From assembly GCA_965242965.1 (NCBI GenBank), contig OZ251518.1, forward strand, positions 3,552,001 through 3,616,000: a DNA stretch of 64,000 bases, in the 5' to 3' direction. Below, in pieces: positions 40,872 to 50,800 of this stretch; the stretch's first letter is position 1; each line of letters begins with the position of its first letter. The translations under genes and the position numbers were made by a program. The stretch is from Candidatus Poribacteria bacterium. GTDB taxonomy: Bacteria; Poribacteria; WGA-4E; WGA-3G. The notes under the pieces are model-generated. The model was not told where the DNA came from. It was given only the letters and a program-made list of their open reading frames with translations, and made no database searches.

Positions 40872-42599
40872 ATGTCACTCATTCATTTAGAACACGTCAC
40901 GAAATTATACGATCCGGACCTGATTTTAGACGATATTTCCGTTTCTATTGCGCCCGGAGACAGAATTGGGTTAATTGGCCGTAACGGAACCGGAAAAACA
41001 ACGTTAGTTAAAATTATAGGGGGAATGCTGCCCGATTTTAAAGGCCGCGTTACCTCGGCAAAAGGATTGCGCATCGGTTACCTGAGTCAAGAGGCGGAGT
41101 TTGAGCATGACTGCACGCTGCGGCAGGAAATGCTGAAGGTATTTGACGAGCGGCGCGCGCTGGAAGATGAGATGCTCCTACTCGCAGAAGAGATGGAGAG
41201 CCGGGATGATGCATCGCTTCTGGCGCAGTATGCGCGGCTGCAGGAAAAGCACGAACGCCTCGGCGGGTATGACTATGAATCGCAAATCAACCGCGTCCTC
41301 GGCGGGTTGGGGTTCAGCGAGTTAGATTTCAATCTTCCGCTTCGTGTCCTCAGCGGCGGCCAGAAGAGCCGGGCGATGTTAGCGAAACTACTCTTGGAAA
41401 TGCCAGACCTTTTGCTTTTCGACGAACCGACGAATCACCTTGATATCAACGGGATTCAGTGGCTTGAGAATTACCTGAATACCGAGTACGAAGGTGCAGT
41501 CCTGGTCGTTTCGCACGACAGGTATTTTCTAGACAAGGTTATCCGCAAGGTGTGGGAATTAGAGGCGCGCCGCATCAAGGTATATCGAGGCAACTACTCG
41601 AAGTATGTTGAGACGCGGGAGGTAGAACGGTTAGTCGGCGAGCGCGCGTTTAAGAAACAGCAGGCGTTCATCGCGCACGAAGAGGAGTTTATCCGCCTCA
41701 ATATCGCTGGACAGCGGACCCGCGAGGCACGCGGGAGGCGGACGAAATTGGCGCGGTTGGAGCGGGTGGAGAAGCCGAAGCCGGACGCGCCGACGTTCAA
41801 CCTCAACTTTACACCGGAAACCCGCGGCGGGAACGATATTTTGCGATGCCAAAACGTCGGCAAACAGTTCGGCGAGAAAGTGGTGTTCACCGGGCTAACT
41901 TGTGAGGTGTTCCGACGCGATGTCATCGGCATCATCGGCGCGAACGGCACAGGGAAGACGACGCTGTTCCGCATGATTTTAGGCGACGAATCACCGACGG
42001 AGGGAGAACTCTGGGTAGGTGCAACGCTGAAGCTCGGGTATTACACCCAAGAATTAGAGGGGCTCAATCCGGAAAATGAAATCATTGACGAGATTGCCTC
42101 CCTCCGGCCACGGTGGACACGGGGTGAACTCCGCAGTTTTTTAGCGCGGTTCCTCTTTATCGGCGATGAGGTGTTCAAACGGGTAGGTGACTTAAGCGGG
42201 GGTGAACAGAGCCGCGTGCTACTCGCCAAGTTGCTGTTAGAGAACGCGAACGTCTTGCTGCTTGACGAACCGACGAACCACTTAGACATTCCGGCGCGCG
42301 AGGCACTGGAATCCGCGCTCGCGGAGTACCCGGCGACGCTTTTCATCATCTCGCACGACAGGTATCTGCTGAACGCGCTCGCGACGAAACTGCTGATTTT
42401 TGAGAACGGCACCGCGTCCCTGTTTGAAGGCACTTACGCCGAATATGAGGCGCGGCAACAACAATCTGTCGTAGCGGAAGAGGAGAACGCGGAAGTTTCG
42501 CCGCAGCCGCCTCCAAAACGCGCGCCAACTCCAAAACGGAAGGCAAAATCCAAGCGAAAACGCAAAATGAAGGCGCAACGTTTGGTGGGTAGCGATTAA
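40872..42599 (+). CDS. ABC-F family ATP-binding protein
   Basis: Two ABC domains (GRNGTGKT/GANGTGKT, LSGGQ/LSGGE, DEPTNHLD), no TM segments. Confidence 0.93.
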   Translation: MSLIHLEHVTKLYDPDLILDDISVSIAPGDRIGLIGRNGTGKTTLVKIIGGMLPDFKGRVTSAKGLRIGYLSQEAEFEHDCTLRQEMLKVFDERRALEDEMLLLAEEMESRDDASLLAQYARLQEKHERLGGYDYESQINRVLGGLGFSELDFNLPLRVLSGGQKSRAMLAKLLLEMPDLLLFDEPTNHLDINGIQWLENYLNTEYEGAVLVVSHDRYFLDKVIRKVWELEARRIKVYRGNYSKYVETREVERLVGERAFKKQQAFIAHEEEFIRLNIAGQRTREARGRRTKLARLERVEKPKPDAPTFNLNFTPETRGGNDILRCQNVGKQFGEKVVFTGLTCEVFRRDVIGIIGANGTGKTTLFRMILGDESPTEGELWVGATLKLGYYTQELEGLNPENEIIDEIASLRPRWTRGELRSFLARFLFIGDEVFKRVGDLSGGEQSRVLLAKLLLENANVLLLDEPTNHLDIPAREALESALAEYPATLFIISHDRYLLNALATKLLIFENGTASLFEGTYAEYEARQQQSVVAEEENAEVSPQPPPKRAPTPKRKAKSKRKRKMKAQRLVGSD

Positions 42600-42675
42600 A
42601 AAAGAGGAACAAAGACGAATATTGTGCCAAACCGGCCGAATTTTTCAGAAAAAGGTCGGTTTCTGGCATTTTAAT

Positions 42676-42704
42676 TTGACATTCGGCGAAAAATCGTGTA
42701 TAAT
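42676..42704 (+). promoter_or_regulatory. Sigma70 promoter
   Basis: Perfect TTGACA-17-TATAAT. Confidence 0.85.
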
Positions 42705-42779
42705 TATATCGTATACGACGGATTTACTTCGGATATAAGACGTTTTAGTTCGGGCTGATGCCCCTATTGCGAGGAAAGA

Positions 42780-43643
42780 ATGTCTAAAGACAAGGAGTTC
42801 AACCACGAAATTGATGTTGTGATACGTGTGATGCGTCAGGCGCAGGCGGCAGTCAAATCGCGGTTTATTCAGGAAATCGTCCCCAGTCGGCTGACGATTG
42901 TCCAGTTCAACGCTTTGCAACACCTACATTGGTATGGGCGTGACACCGGCATGTCTGTCAGCGAATTGGGTGAGCATTTAGGGCTCGCGCATAATACTGC
43001 TTCCGGCCTCGTGGGCCGGTTGGAGCAGCACGGCTGGGTTGTCCGTCGTAAATGTGAAGAAGACCGGCGGCGGAGCCGCATCAAACTCACGCCGCAGGCG
43101 ATGGAACTTTTCCGAGAACGGTTGGAACACGCGACGCATTTTTGGCAGAGCACCTTCGGGCAGCTCGCTGCAGAGGAGCAGACGCACCTCATTGAGAGCC
43201 TTGAGCGGCTGCAACAGGTAATGGCGCAGCCGGTGTGGCCCAGTTATGCGCAGTTACATCCGCGCGATGCCGAACATGTCCAAGAACGGTTTGAAACCGA
43301 ATTGGACGCGCTCGCGCAGGCGAAACTCAAACTCATCGGCATGCGGTTCATCCTCGCGCATCTCGCCGAACGGCGGGATGAACATGAACTCGCGGCATAC
43401 CTGAATCAGGCCGCCTCCGAAGAGATTCGCCATACCAACCAACTGTTTTCGATGCTGGGACACGGCGAGAATTTTGAGACGCTCCTCACCGCACTTGTGC
43501 AGGAAGACAGGGAAGTCTACGAGGAAGTGCTCTCGCTGCTTGAATCCGCGCCGTGTGCCGAAGAAAAAAAAGAGGAGGTTACCCTCCTCCAACAACTCGC
43601 TCAAGATAGCGAACGTTATAGCCGTTGGTTTCGCACGGCTTAA
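42780..43643 (+). CDS. MarR-family regulator with C-terminal ferritin/rubrerythrin-like domain
   Basis: LTIVQFNAL...VSELGEHL...RLEQHGWV...DRR wHTH; helical C-domain with EEIRH. Confidence 0.75.
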   Translation: MSKDKEFNHEIDVVIRVMRQAQAAVKSRFIQEIVPSRLTIVQFNALQHLHWYGRDTGMSVSELGEHLGLAHNTASGLVGRLEQHGWVVRRKCEEDRRRSRIKLTPQAMELFRERLEHATHFWQSTFGQLAAEEQTHLIESLERLQQVMAQPVWPSYAQLHPRDAEHVQERFETELDALAQAKLKLIGMRFILAHLAERRDEHELAAYLNQAASEEIRHTNQLFSMLGHGENFETLLTALVQEDREVYEEVLSLLESAPCAEEKKEEVTLLQQLAQDSERYSRWFRTA

Positions 43644-43784
43644 TTGGTTTTATCTCTTTTGTATAGTGACAGTTCCCGCAACGACTCCCGCGGCGGCCGC
43701 CAGTGCCACGCCGGGAGAAACGGTGGGAAAAACGGTGCATGTCAAAAGCACCATGCCGAGAAAACGGAAGGTTATAGAGGAAAC

Positions 43785-44402
43785 ATGCAGTCCCAAAGCC
43801 CTGAAAGCCTCCCTCCAGAGTGTTACGATGATGCTGAGCTGATCGCGCAGTTTCAGAACGGCGATACCGCCGTGTTTGACACGCTTTTCACCCGTTACCA
43901 GAAGCGGACGTATCGCCTCGTGCAGCGATTCGTCTCAAACCATGAGGATGCCCTTGATTTGACGCAAGACGCGTTTATCCGCGCCTATCAGGGGCTCGCC
44001 GATTTCAAATGCCAATGCCAATTTTACAGCTGGCTCTACCGCATTACGGTGAACCTCTGTATTGATTTCTTAAGGAAAAAGGCGCGTTCGGAGGTGATGC
44101 TCTATGAGTCTGAGGACTCCGAGGAGATTCCGATGGCGAATGTCCCCGATTTACGCTCCGAATCGCCTTCGAAGGCCCTTGAGAATAAGGAATTGCGCGC
44201 GCAACTTCGGAAGGCAATCCGCCGCCTCCCGCCGAAGCAGCGGCAGGTTTTCGTCTTGCGTCACTGGGACGGGTTATCCCTCAAGGATATTGCCGCCACC
44301 GTCGGCCGCTCGGACGGCACGGTGAAGGCGCATCTGTTCCATGCGCACCGCAATCTCCGAAAGCATCTGCGTGCTTACGTGCAGGAAGCCGGTTGGCTGT
44401 AA
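43785..44402 (+). CDS. ECF sigma-70 factor
   Basis: DDAELI, DLTQDAFIRAY, SWLYRITVNLCID, LPPKQRQVF, GTVKAHLF. Confidence 0.92.
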   Translation: MQSQSPESLPPECYDDAELIAQFQNGDTAVFDTLFTRYQKRTYRLVQRFVSNHEDALDLTQDAFIRAYQGLADFKCQCQFYSWLYRITVNLCIDFLRKKARSEVMLYESEDSEEIPMANVPDLRSESPSKALENKELRAQLRKAIRRLPPKQRQVFVLRHWDGLSLKDIAATVGRSDGTVKAHLFHAHRNLRKHLRAYVQEAGWL

Positions 44403-44408
44403 ATCGGA

Positions 44409-45422
44409 CTATGTCTCTGTCCCTTCCGTCGCGAAGAGGGCAGAGACAAAATCGGCGGCGGCGAAATCGCGTAAATCGTCAAGCCGCTCGCCGATGCCGA
44501 TAAGTTTGACAGGTGCGCCGATTTCTGACTTGACAGCGATGACGATGCCGCCCTTAGCGGTGCCATCCAATTTCGTCACGGCGACACCGGTAATCGGCAC
44601 CGCCTCGTTGAACACTTTCGCCTGCATAAGCGCGTTCTGTCCGACGGTGCCGTCAATAACGAGAAGCACTTCGTGCGGCGCGCCTTCGTGCGCGCGGCCC
44701 ATGACGCGGCCGATTTTCGCGAGCTCATCCATCAGCGGTTTTTTGGTGTGCAACCTACCTGCCGTGTCAACAATCAGCACATCGGCATCGCGATGTTTTG
44801 CCGCATGCACCGCGTCAAAGACGACAGAGGCCGGGTCCGCTTGTTCACCACCGCGGATGAGTGCGGCACCCGCACGTTCACACCAGATGGCGAGCTGGTC
44901 TTCCGCTGCAGCACGGAAGGTATCACCCGCTGCAACGACGACGCGCTTGCCCGCCGATTGAAAACGGCTAGCCAGTTTCCCGATAGTCGTCGTCTTCCCC
45001 GCGCCGTTCACCCCCAGAACTAGAATCGTATACGGATTCTCGGTGGAAACGCAGTTGAGCGGCGTGTCATCGCCAAGCAGGTTGAGAATCTCATCTCTGA
45101 GAACGGACTCCAATTCGGAGGCATCGTTTAACCCTTTCGCCTTGACAGAAGCTCTGACGTTATCCATCAGCGTCAGCGTCGTCTCCACGCCTACATCCGC
45201 TTGAATCAAGAGCTCCTCAATCTCCTCCATCAGTTCTTCGTCAATCTTCCTGCCGATTTGGAGAAGGCCTGATAGTTCCGAGAGGAGCCGGTCCCGGGTT
45301 TTCGCTAGGCCGGACCGGAGGCGATTAAACCAGCCGCCTTCTTGCGCACCGCTTTCCGATGCAACCTGAGACGACTCGCCACCGTCTGATTTATCACCAC
45401 GTTTAAATAAGTTTTTGAGCAT
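44409..45422 (-). CDS. ftsY: Signal recognition particle receptor FtsY
   Basis: GVNGAGKTTT, DTFRAAA, DTAGR, TKLDGTAKGG. Confidence 0.97.
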   Translation of the reverse strand: MLKNLFKRGDKSDGGESSQVASESGAQEGGWFNRLRSGLAKTRDRLLSELSGLLQIGRKIDEELMEEIEELLIQADVGVETTLTLMDNVRASVKAKGLNDASELESVLRDEILNLLGDDTPLNCVSTENPYTILVLGVNGAGKTTTIGKLASRFQSAGKRVVVAAGDTFRAAAEDQLAIWCERAGAALIRGGEQADPASVVFDAVHAAKHRDADVLIVDTAGRLHTKKPLMDELAKIGRVMGRAHEGAPHEVLLVIDGTVGQNALMQAKVFNEAVPITGVAVTKLDGTAKGGIVIAVKSEIGAPVKLIGIGERLDDLRDFAAADFVSALFATEGTET

Positions 45423-45551
45423 TCATTCATCTCCTTTTGCCAATTTCGTGTCTATATGATATAATAACGTAACGGAAGCCGGAAAAGCAACCGAAAATGT
45501 GTTGACAAGTTTGCGTTTCCCGTGGTATACTACAAAATGAAGGAGTTTGCT

Positions 45552-46130
45552 ATGCAGAAAACAGTAATGAAGGTGTTCGTCAAGGTGTTCGTCGTTGCCT
45601 GTCTCATCAGTCTCGGCACCTTTTTCATCGCGTGTGTGGAAGAGGGCCGCTTAGATGAAATCGTTGAGAACGCCGAGGATGCCAATGAAATGGATATAAC
45701 AGTTGAAGAACCCGCGCCTATCGCCTTGCCGGGGTTACCTGAAGATGTCGCCGGGTATGAACGTTGGCTCAAACTCAACGCCGAACCGATACCCCCTGTT
45801 GCAGGCGGGGATCCGCACAACGGCATCAAAAATGTCTATGTCAACCAAACGCGCGATGCAATTGCACCGAACGGCAAACAGGCGTTTCCGTATCCGGACG
45901 GTAGTATCGTTGTGAAGGAGGCATTCCGTCCTGGCAAGGACTACGTCGGGCTCATCGCTATCATGCGGAAAATCGCCGAGATCGACCCCGAGCACAACGA
46001 CTGGCAGTTTATTGAATACACCCGCAACGCGCCCGATGCCGAGTTCAGCGTCATCGCCGCCGACGGTATCTGTTGGGGATGCCACGCGCGCGTTGAAGAT
46101 ATTGATTACGTCTTTACAGAGTTGGAATGA
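45552..46130 (+). CDS. Cytochrome P460-family c-type cytochrome, predicted lipoprotein
   Basis: Lipobox FIAC; VYVN...YPDGSIVVKE...AIMRK...W...CWGCH...DYVF; TTGACA-18-TATACT promoter at 45502-45531. Confidence 0.8.
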   Translation: MQKTVMKVFVKVFVVACLISLGTFFIACVEEGRLDEIVENAEDANEMDITVEEPAPIALPGLPEDVAGYERWLKLNAEPIPPVAGGDPHNGIKNVYVNQTRDAIAPNGKQAFPYPDGSIVVKEAFRPGKDYVGLIAIMRKIAEIDPEHNDWQFIEYTRNAPDAEFSVIAADGICWGCHARVEDIDYVFTELE

Positions 46131-46255
46131 GTCTCTCCCTTGAAGGCGTTTGGTAGGAGAGCCCTCCCGGTCTCGATTTCTTCGGGTAGGAGAGCCCTCC
46201 TGGTCTCGATGCGGTATGAGGGCTCCCGGCTCCCGAAGTCTATAGGAGAACATTT

Positions 46256-47419
46256 TTGAAGATATATCACAATTGGATGCGAGATGCGATGCTGCTCTTG
46301 CTGTGCATGTGCCTGTGGTTTCCGAACGGTGCAGATGCGCGGCCGGAGTTCGCCGCAGAATTGGATAAAGAATGCGTTTTTTGTCACATCGACCCGGGCG
46401 GCGGCGGTCCGCGCAACCGTATCGGCGAAATTTTCGAGGAGAACTACTTTGAATTTCCCGAAGATTTTGATATGATGGCTGTGGCGGAGGAGGCGCAGGA
46501 AATCGTCAAACAGCTCACCACTTCGCTGGACTTGCAGACAGCGTTCATCAAAACGACGCACGTTGACGACGAGGAAAACACCCTCGCGTCATGTAATTCG
46601 TGCCATTCTTCTGTGGACAGATTTTTGCTGATGCAAGCCGAGGTGACGTTCAATGCGCAGGCATCGGAGCATGTGCGCTTGACGCTCTCTAATAACGCTG
46701 GCACGACGCTCAACGCGTTCGCGACGGTAGATGCGATTCCGAAGCATCTCTACGTCAAAGTAGGGCAGTTCCGTCTCCCGTTCGGCATCAAGCAGAAGGA
46801 CCACAACATTCTCGTGCGCGAAGGCTACGGCATCGGTTCTAACAAACGCGATGTCGGTGTCGAGTTCGGCGGCACGGTGAGCAACGTCTTCTATAACGCC
46901 GCCTTCTTCAACGGCGGAGATGCCGCTGCGAATGGCGCGCTTGCCACCCTCGGCGGTGCCCTCGGTCCGGTGCGTGCAGGCGTTTCGGGGATTGTTGAAC
47001 GGACACCTGAGGACTGGCAGCGTCACATCGGCGTATTCCTCACCGCCGCCTATGCCGGGTTAAGTGTGGAAGGCGAATTCAACTTCGGCAACACCGGCGA
47101 AGTCGCATCGTTCGCGCCGGACGACGTGGATTCCAAAGGTTACTATGTCGGCGCGAAATACCGCATTCACCCGCGTCTTACCGTTGGCGGACGTTACGGG
47201 CTCTTTGACGCAGATCGGACTGTCAAAGGTGATGCGGCGCGGCGCGTCACGCTGAACGCGCAGTATAATTTCATGGAAAACGGCGCGATTTCCCTCTTTT
47301 TCTGGGAGAATATCGAGAATCCCGACCGCGGTGCAGACGAGACGATTCGTGATAAAGGGAGGTTACGCCAACTACAAGGCACGAATCAGTTGATTGTGAT
47401 GTCGCGTTTTTGGTTTTGA
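46256..47419 (+). CDS. Outer-membrane beta-barrel with N-terminal c-heme motifs (Cyc2-like cytochrome-porin)
   Basis: Signal peptide, PEFA...CVFCH...G..F, second CNSCH, porin-like KVGQFRLPFG, terminal aromatic residues (RFWF). Confidence 0.7.
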   Translation: MKIYHNWMRDAMLLLLCMCLWFPNGADARPEFAAELDKECVFCHIDPGGGGPRNRIGEIFEENYFEFPEDFDMMAVAEEAQEIVKQLTTSLDLQTAFIKTTHVDDEENTLASCNSCHSSVDRFLLMQAEVTFNAQASEHVRLTLSNNAGTTLNAFATVDAIPKHLYVKVGQFRLPFGIKQKDHNILVREGYGIGSNKRDVGVEFGGTVSNVFYNAAFFNGGDAAANGALATLGGALGPVRAGVSGIVERTPEDWQRHIGVFLTAAYAGLSVEGEFNFGNTGEVASFAPDDVDSKGYYVGAKYRIHPRLTVGGRYGLFDADRTVKGDAARRVTLNAQYNFMENGAISLFFWENIENPDRGADETIRDKGRLRQLQGTNQLIVMSRFWF

Positions 47420-47475
47420 ACGCAATGAACCTCTGACGTTTGAGTTCTTCTGAAACGTTGGCAGACTGCATCACC

Positions 47476-47742
47476 TCTGTAGGTCAAGATCGCCTGATCT
47501 TGACCTGTTTGTGATCAGGCGATCACAAACTACAGAAAGGGGTGAACGAAAAAAACGTCTCTTGTTCTCTTCAGGTCCTAAAGGACCTAAAACGCCAATG
47601 CTTGACGATGCACAACGCGCGGGACAGGCCCCCGCGCTGCGGGACAATCGAGACCAGGAGGTCTCTCCTACTGGGGAAACGGCATCGTTCGGAGTGTCAC
47701 GAAACCCTTTTGACAACAACGAGTTATGAAACACCCTCAGTT
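47476..47742. repeat. REP mosaic ending in the terminal motif
   Basis: GTAGGTCAAGATC.. hairpin; TATGAAACACCCTCA at about 47725-47739. Confidence 0.8.
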
Positions 47743-47805
47743 ACCTCAGGAGGCGTGCTTGCAAGGGAAAGTTTGTTGAACGCCTTGCACCACTACGAAA
47801 AAAAC

Positions 47806-50800
47806 ATGGTTGCCAAACTCTCAAAAAAAGTCTTAATCAGCGTCATCGGATTGCTCGTGCTCATCATCGTCGCGGGTGTTTTTTATATCGTGCGCGAAAA
47901 CAGCAGCGCGAAGACGCGCTACAGCGTCACAGCCTTCACGCCGCAAGGCGATGTCCCGCAGTGGGTAGATTTCTCGTGGACATTTTCGGAGCCGATTGTT
48001 GACAACGCTGGCATCGGAACAGAGGTGCCGCAACAGGCTATCCGTTGGACACCGGCTGTCGATGGGAAGGGCCGCTGGGTGGCCCGCGACAAAATCGGTT
48101 TCTTTTTAGAGAGCCCGTTAGCACCGTCGGCGCGCTATACCGTTGCACTCTCATCACGCCTCAGCCAGTCAGACAGTTTTATCTTGACAGGGCAACAGCG
48201 GTTTGAATTTGCAACCCGGCGATTTGAGGTGACAGACACGACGCTGCGCTTCCGATACAATCCCGACGACAAACAGAAGGCGAAGGCTGTCGGAACGATT
48301 GACTTTAACTATCCGGTGAACATCGCTGATCTCAAGGCGCATCTCTCTATCCAATTTAATGGCGATACCGAGATTCCGTATTCCCTCCTCACGGAGACAT
48401 CTACTGCACGCACGGTGACGCTGGAGACAGAGGAAGTTGAACGCGGGCGCGAGGACAGGGTGCTTACCTTACGGATACAGAAGGACTTCAAATGCACCGG
48501 CGGCAAACTCGGGCTGGCGGCAGCCAGCGTTACCTCCGTTGTCTTGAGCGGCAGCGGCACCCTCGGCATCACTTATTGCGACGTGGAAGAATACGGTGGT
48601 TCCCCCTATCTCGCGCTTCGGTTCAGCACGGATATCCCCGCGCATGTGGTTGAACCCTATCTCCAAATTGCACCGAATCCGGGGAACACGCAGCTCATCA
48701 CGCGTTACGGCGAGATTCAGATTCACGGCGATTTCAAGCGGCGCACTACCTACACGCTAACCGTTCAGGAAGGGTTGACGGCGCAAGATGGTTCGGTGTT
48801 GAAAAAGCCTTACACCACGCGGCTCACGATTCCTGATGTGCCGCCGACAATCCGTTTACTCGGCAGCCAGAGTGGCGGTGCCGGTTTCGTCGCGCGCGAA
48901 GGCACGCTGAACCTCGGTGTAGCGACAATTAATGTCAATCAATTAGAGGTAGATATTGAGAAGGTCTTCGCCAATAATCTCATCTATCTGGCTAAGATTG
49001 AGTCGTGGCGGCGCTGGAGTTCCCGCTATCTTGGCACGCCGGTGCATCAGGCAGTCCTGCCAGTGGACGCGCGCGTGAACGAGGAGGTGACGACACGTCT
49101 CTCACTCCGCGAGGTGGTTAGCGATGAGCCGGGGGTTTTCAAAATCGTCGTGCGCGATGCGAACGACAGATGGGTGATTGCGCATCAGTGGGTGCTGATT
49201 ACCGACCTGGGTATTCTCGTCAAGCACATCGGCGACGCGCTCTATGTCTGGGTGAAATCCATTGAAACTCACGATGGGGTTGCCGGTGCCCGCGTTACAC
49301 TCATCAGCGATAATAACCAGACGCTGCTCACCGGCAAGACGAACTGGGCCGGCTTTATCAAGTTCACCGAAGTCGCGCAGCAGACGGAAGGTTTTGTGCC
49401 GCTTTTGATTACCGTCGCGAAAGGCGATGACCTGGGTTTTGTCCAGTTGGACAGGCATGAGAACGCCACTGCTGATTTCAACGTCGCCGGCCCGCCGTAT
49501 CTGGAGACGGGATATGAAGCGTTTCTCTGGACGAGCCGCGGTGTGTATCGTCCCGGAGAGACGGTGGAACTCGCCGGCATCGTGCGGGGAGCGCAGCACG
49601 TGGTGCCGCGGCCGCTCCCCGCGCGCGTTGAGGTGCTGGCACCCGATGGCAGAATCCTGCGGGAAGCGCGTATCCAGACATCAACGAGCGGCGGTTGCGA
49701 AGTGCGCATTGACATCCCTGCCTACGCGCAGACAGGCGGCTACCTCGCCAAACTGCGCATCGCTGAAAAGGAGGTGGGACGCACCCGTTTTCAGGTGGAA
49801 GAATTTATGCCAGACCGGATGAAGGTAACGGTGACAACCGACAAACCGACTTACACCCTCGGCGACGCAGTAGACGTGGAGGTTACCGCTGTCAACCTTT
49901 TCGGGCCACCTGCTGCCGAGAGACAGGTGGAAGCCACATGCGAACTCACAGCGATGCCCTTGACATTTGCCGACTGGGAGGGGGTTACGTTTGGTCAAAC
50001 GTTAGACCAGGCGCAGCAGGACGTTTTTAGGGTGCAGCGCATTGCGTTAGGCGAAGCGAAAACGGACGAGGAAGGGAAGGCGCGCTATCCGTGGCAGGTG
50101 CCGGAGATGCAACGTCCGCCGGTTCGACTCCAAGGTGTTCTAACTGCGACCGTGCGCGAAGTTGGGGGGAGAGCTGTCACCGCGTCGCATCGCATCGATA
50201 TCCATCCCTATTCGCATACCGCTGGACTCCGTCTCGCGTCTCTGGCGAGAGAACAGGTAGATGTGGAGGTGATTGCGGTAGACGCGACTGGCAGAAGCAC
50301 CGCCGGACGCGCCTTAACCCTGACACTCCACAAGGTGCTGTGGAACACGCTCCTCCGGCAGTCTGGTGACGGGGCATACGGCTATGTCTCTGAAGCAGAG
50401 ACGACGGCAGTAGAGCAGCGCGCGTTAACTTCAACAGCGGAGATAACCCGTGTGACGTTTACACCGCCCGGTGCAGGCGACTACCGAGTGAGCGTTACGG
50501 ACGATGTCTCTGGCGCGCGAACCGAACTCGCCTTTTCGGTTGATGGCGAGGAAATTGCCGGCACCCGGCGGGAAGGCGGACTGAGCATGACTCTGGATAA
50601 ACCGACGTATCGCCCGGGGCAAACGGCGAAGTTGCGAATTCAGGCACCGTTTCCCGGCACGCTACTCCTCACCGTGGAACGTGAAAAACTACTGAGTTAT
50701 CGGACGATAACCATGGAAACCTCCACCGCGACGGTGGGTATCCCGGTAGCGCGCCGCTATGCTCCGAATGTCTACCTTTCCGCTACGTTAATTCGCGATG

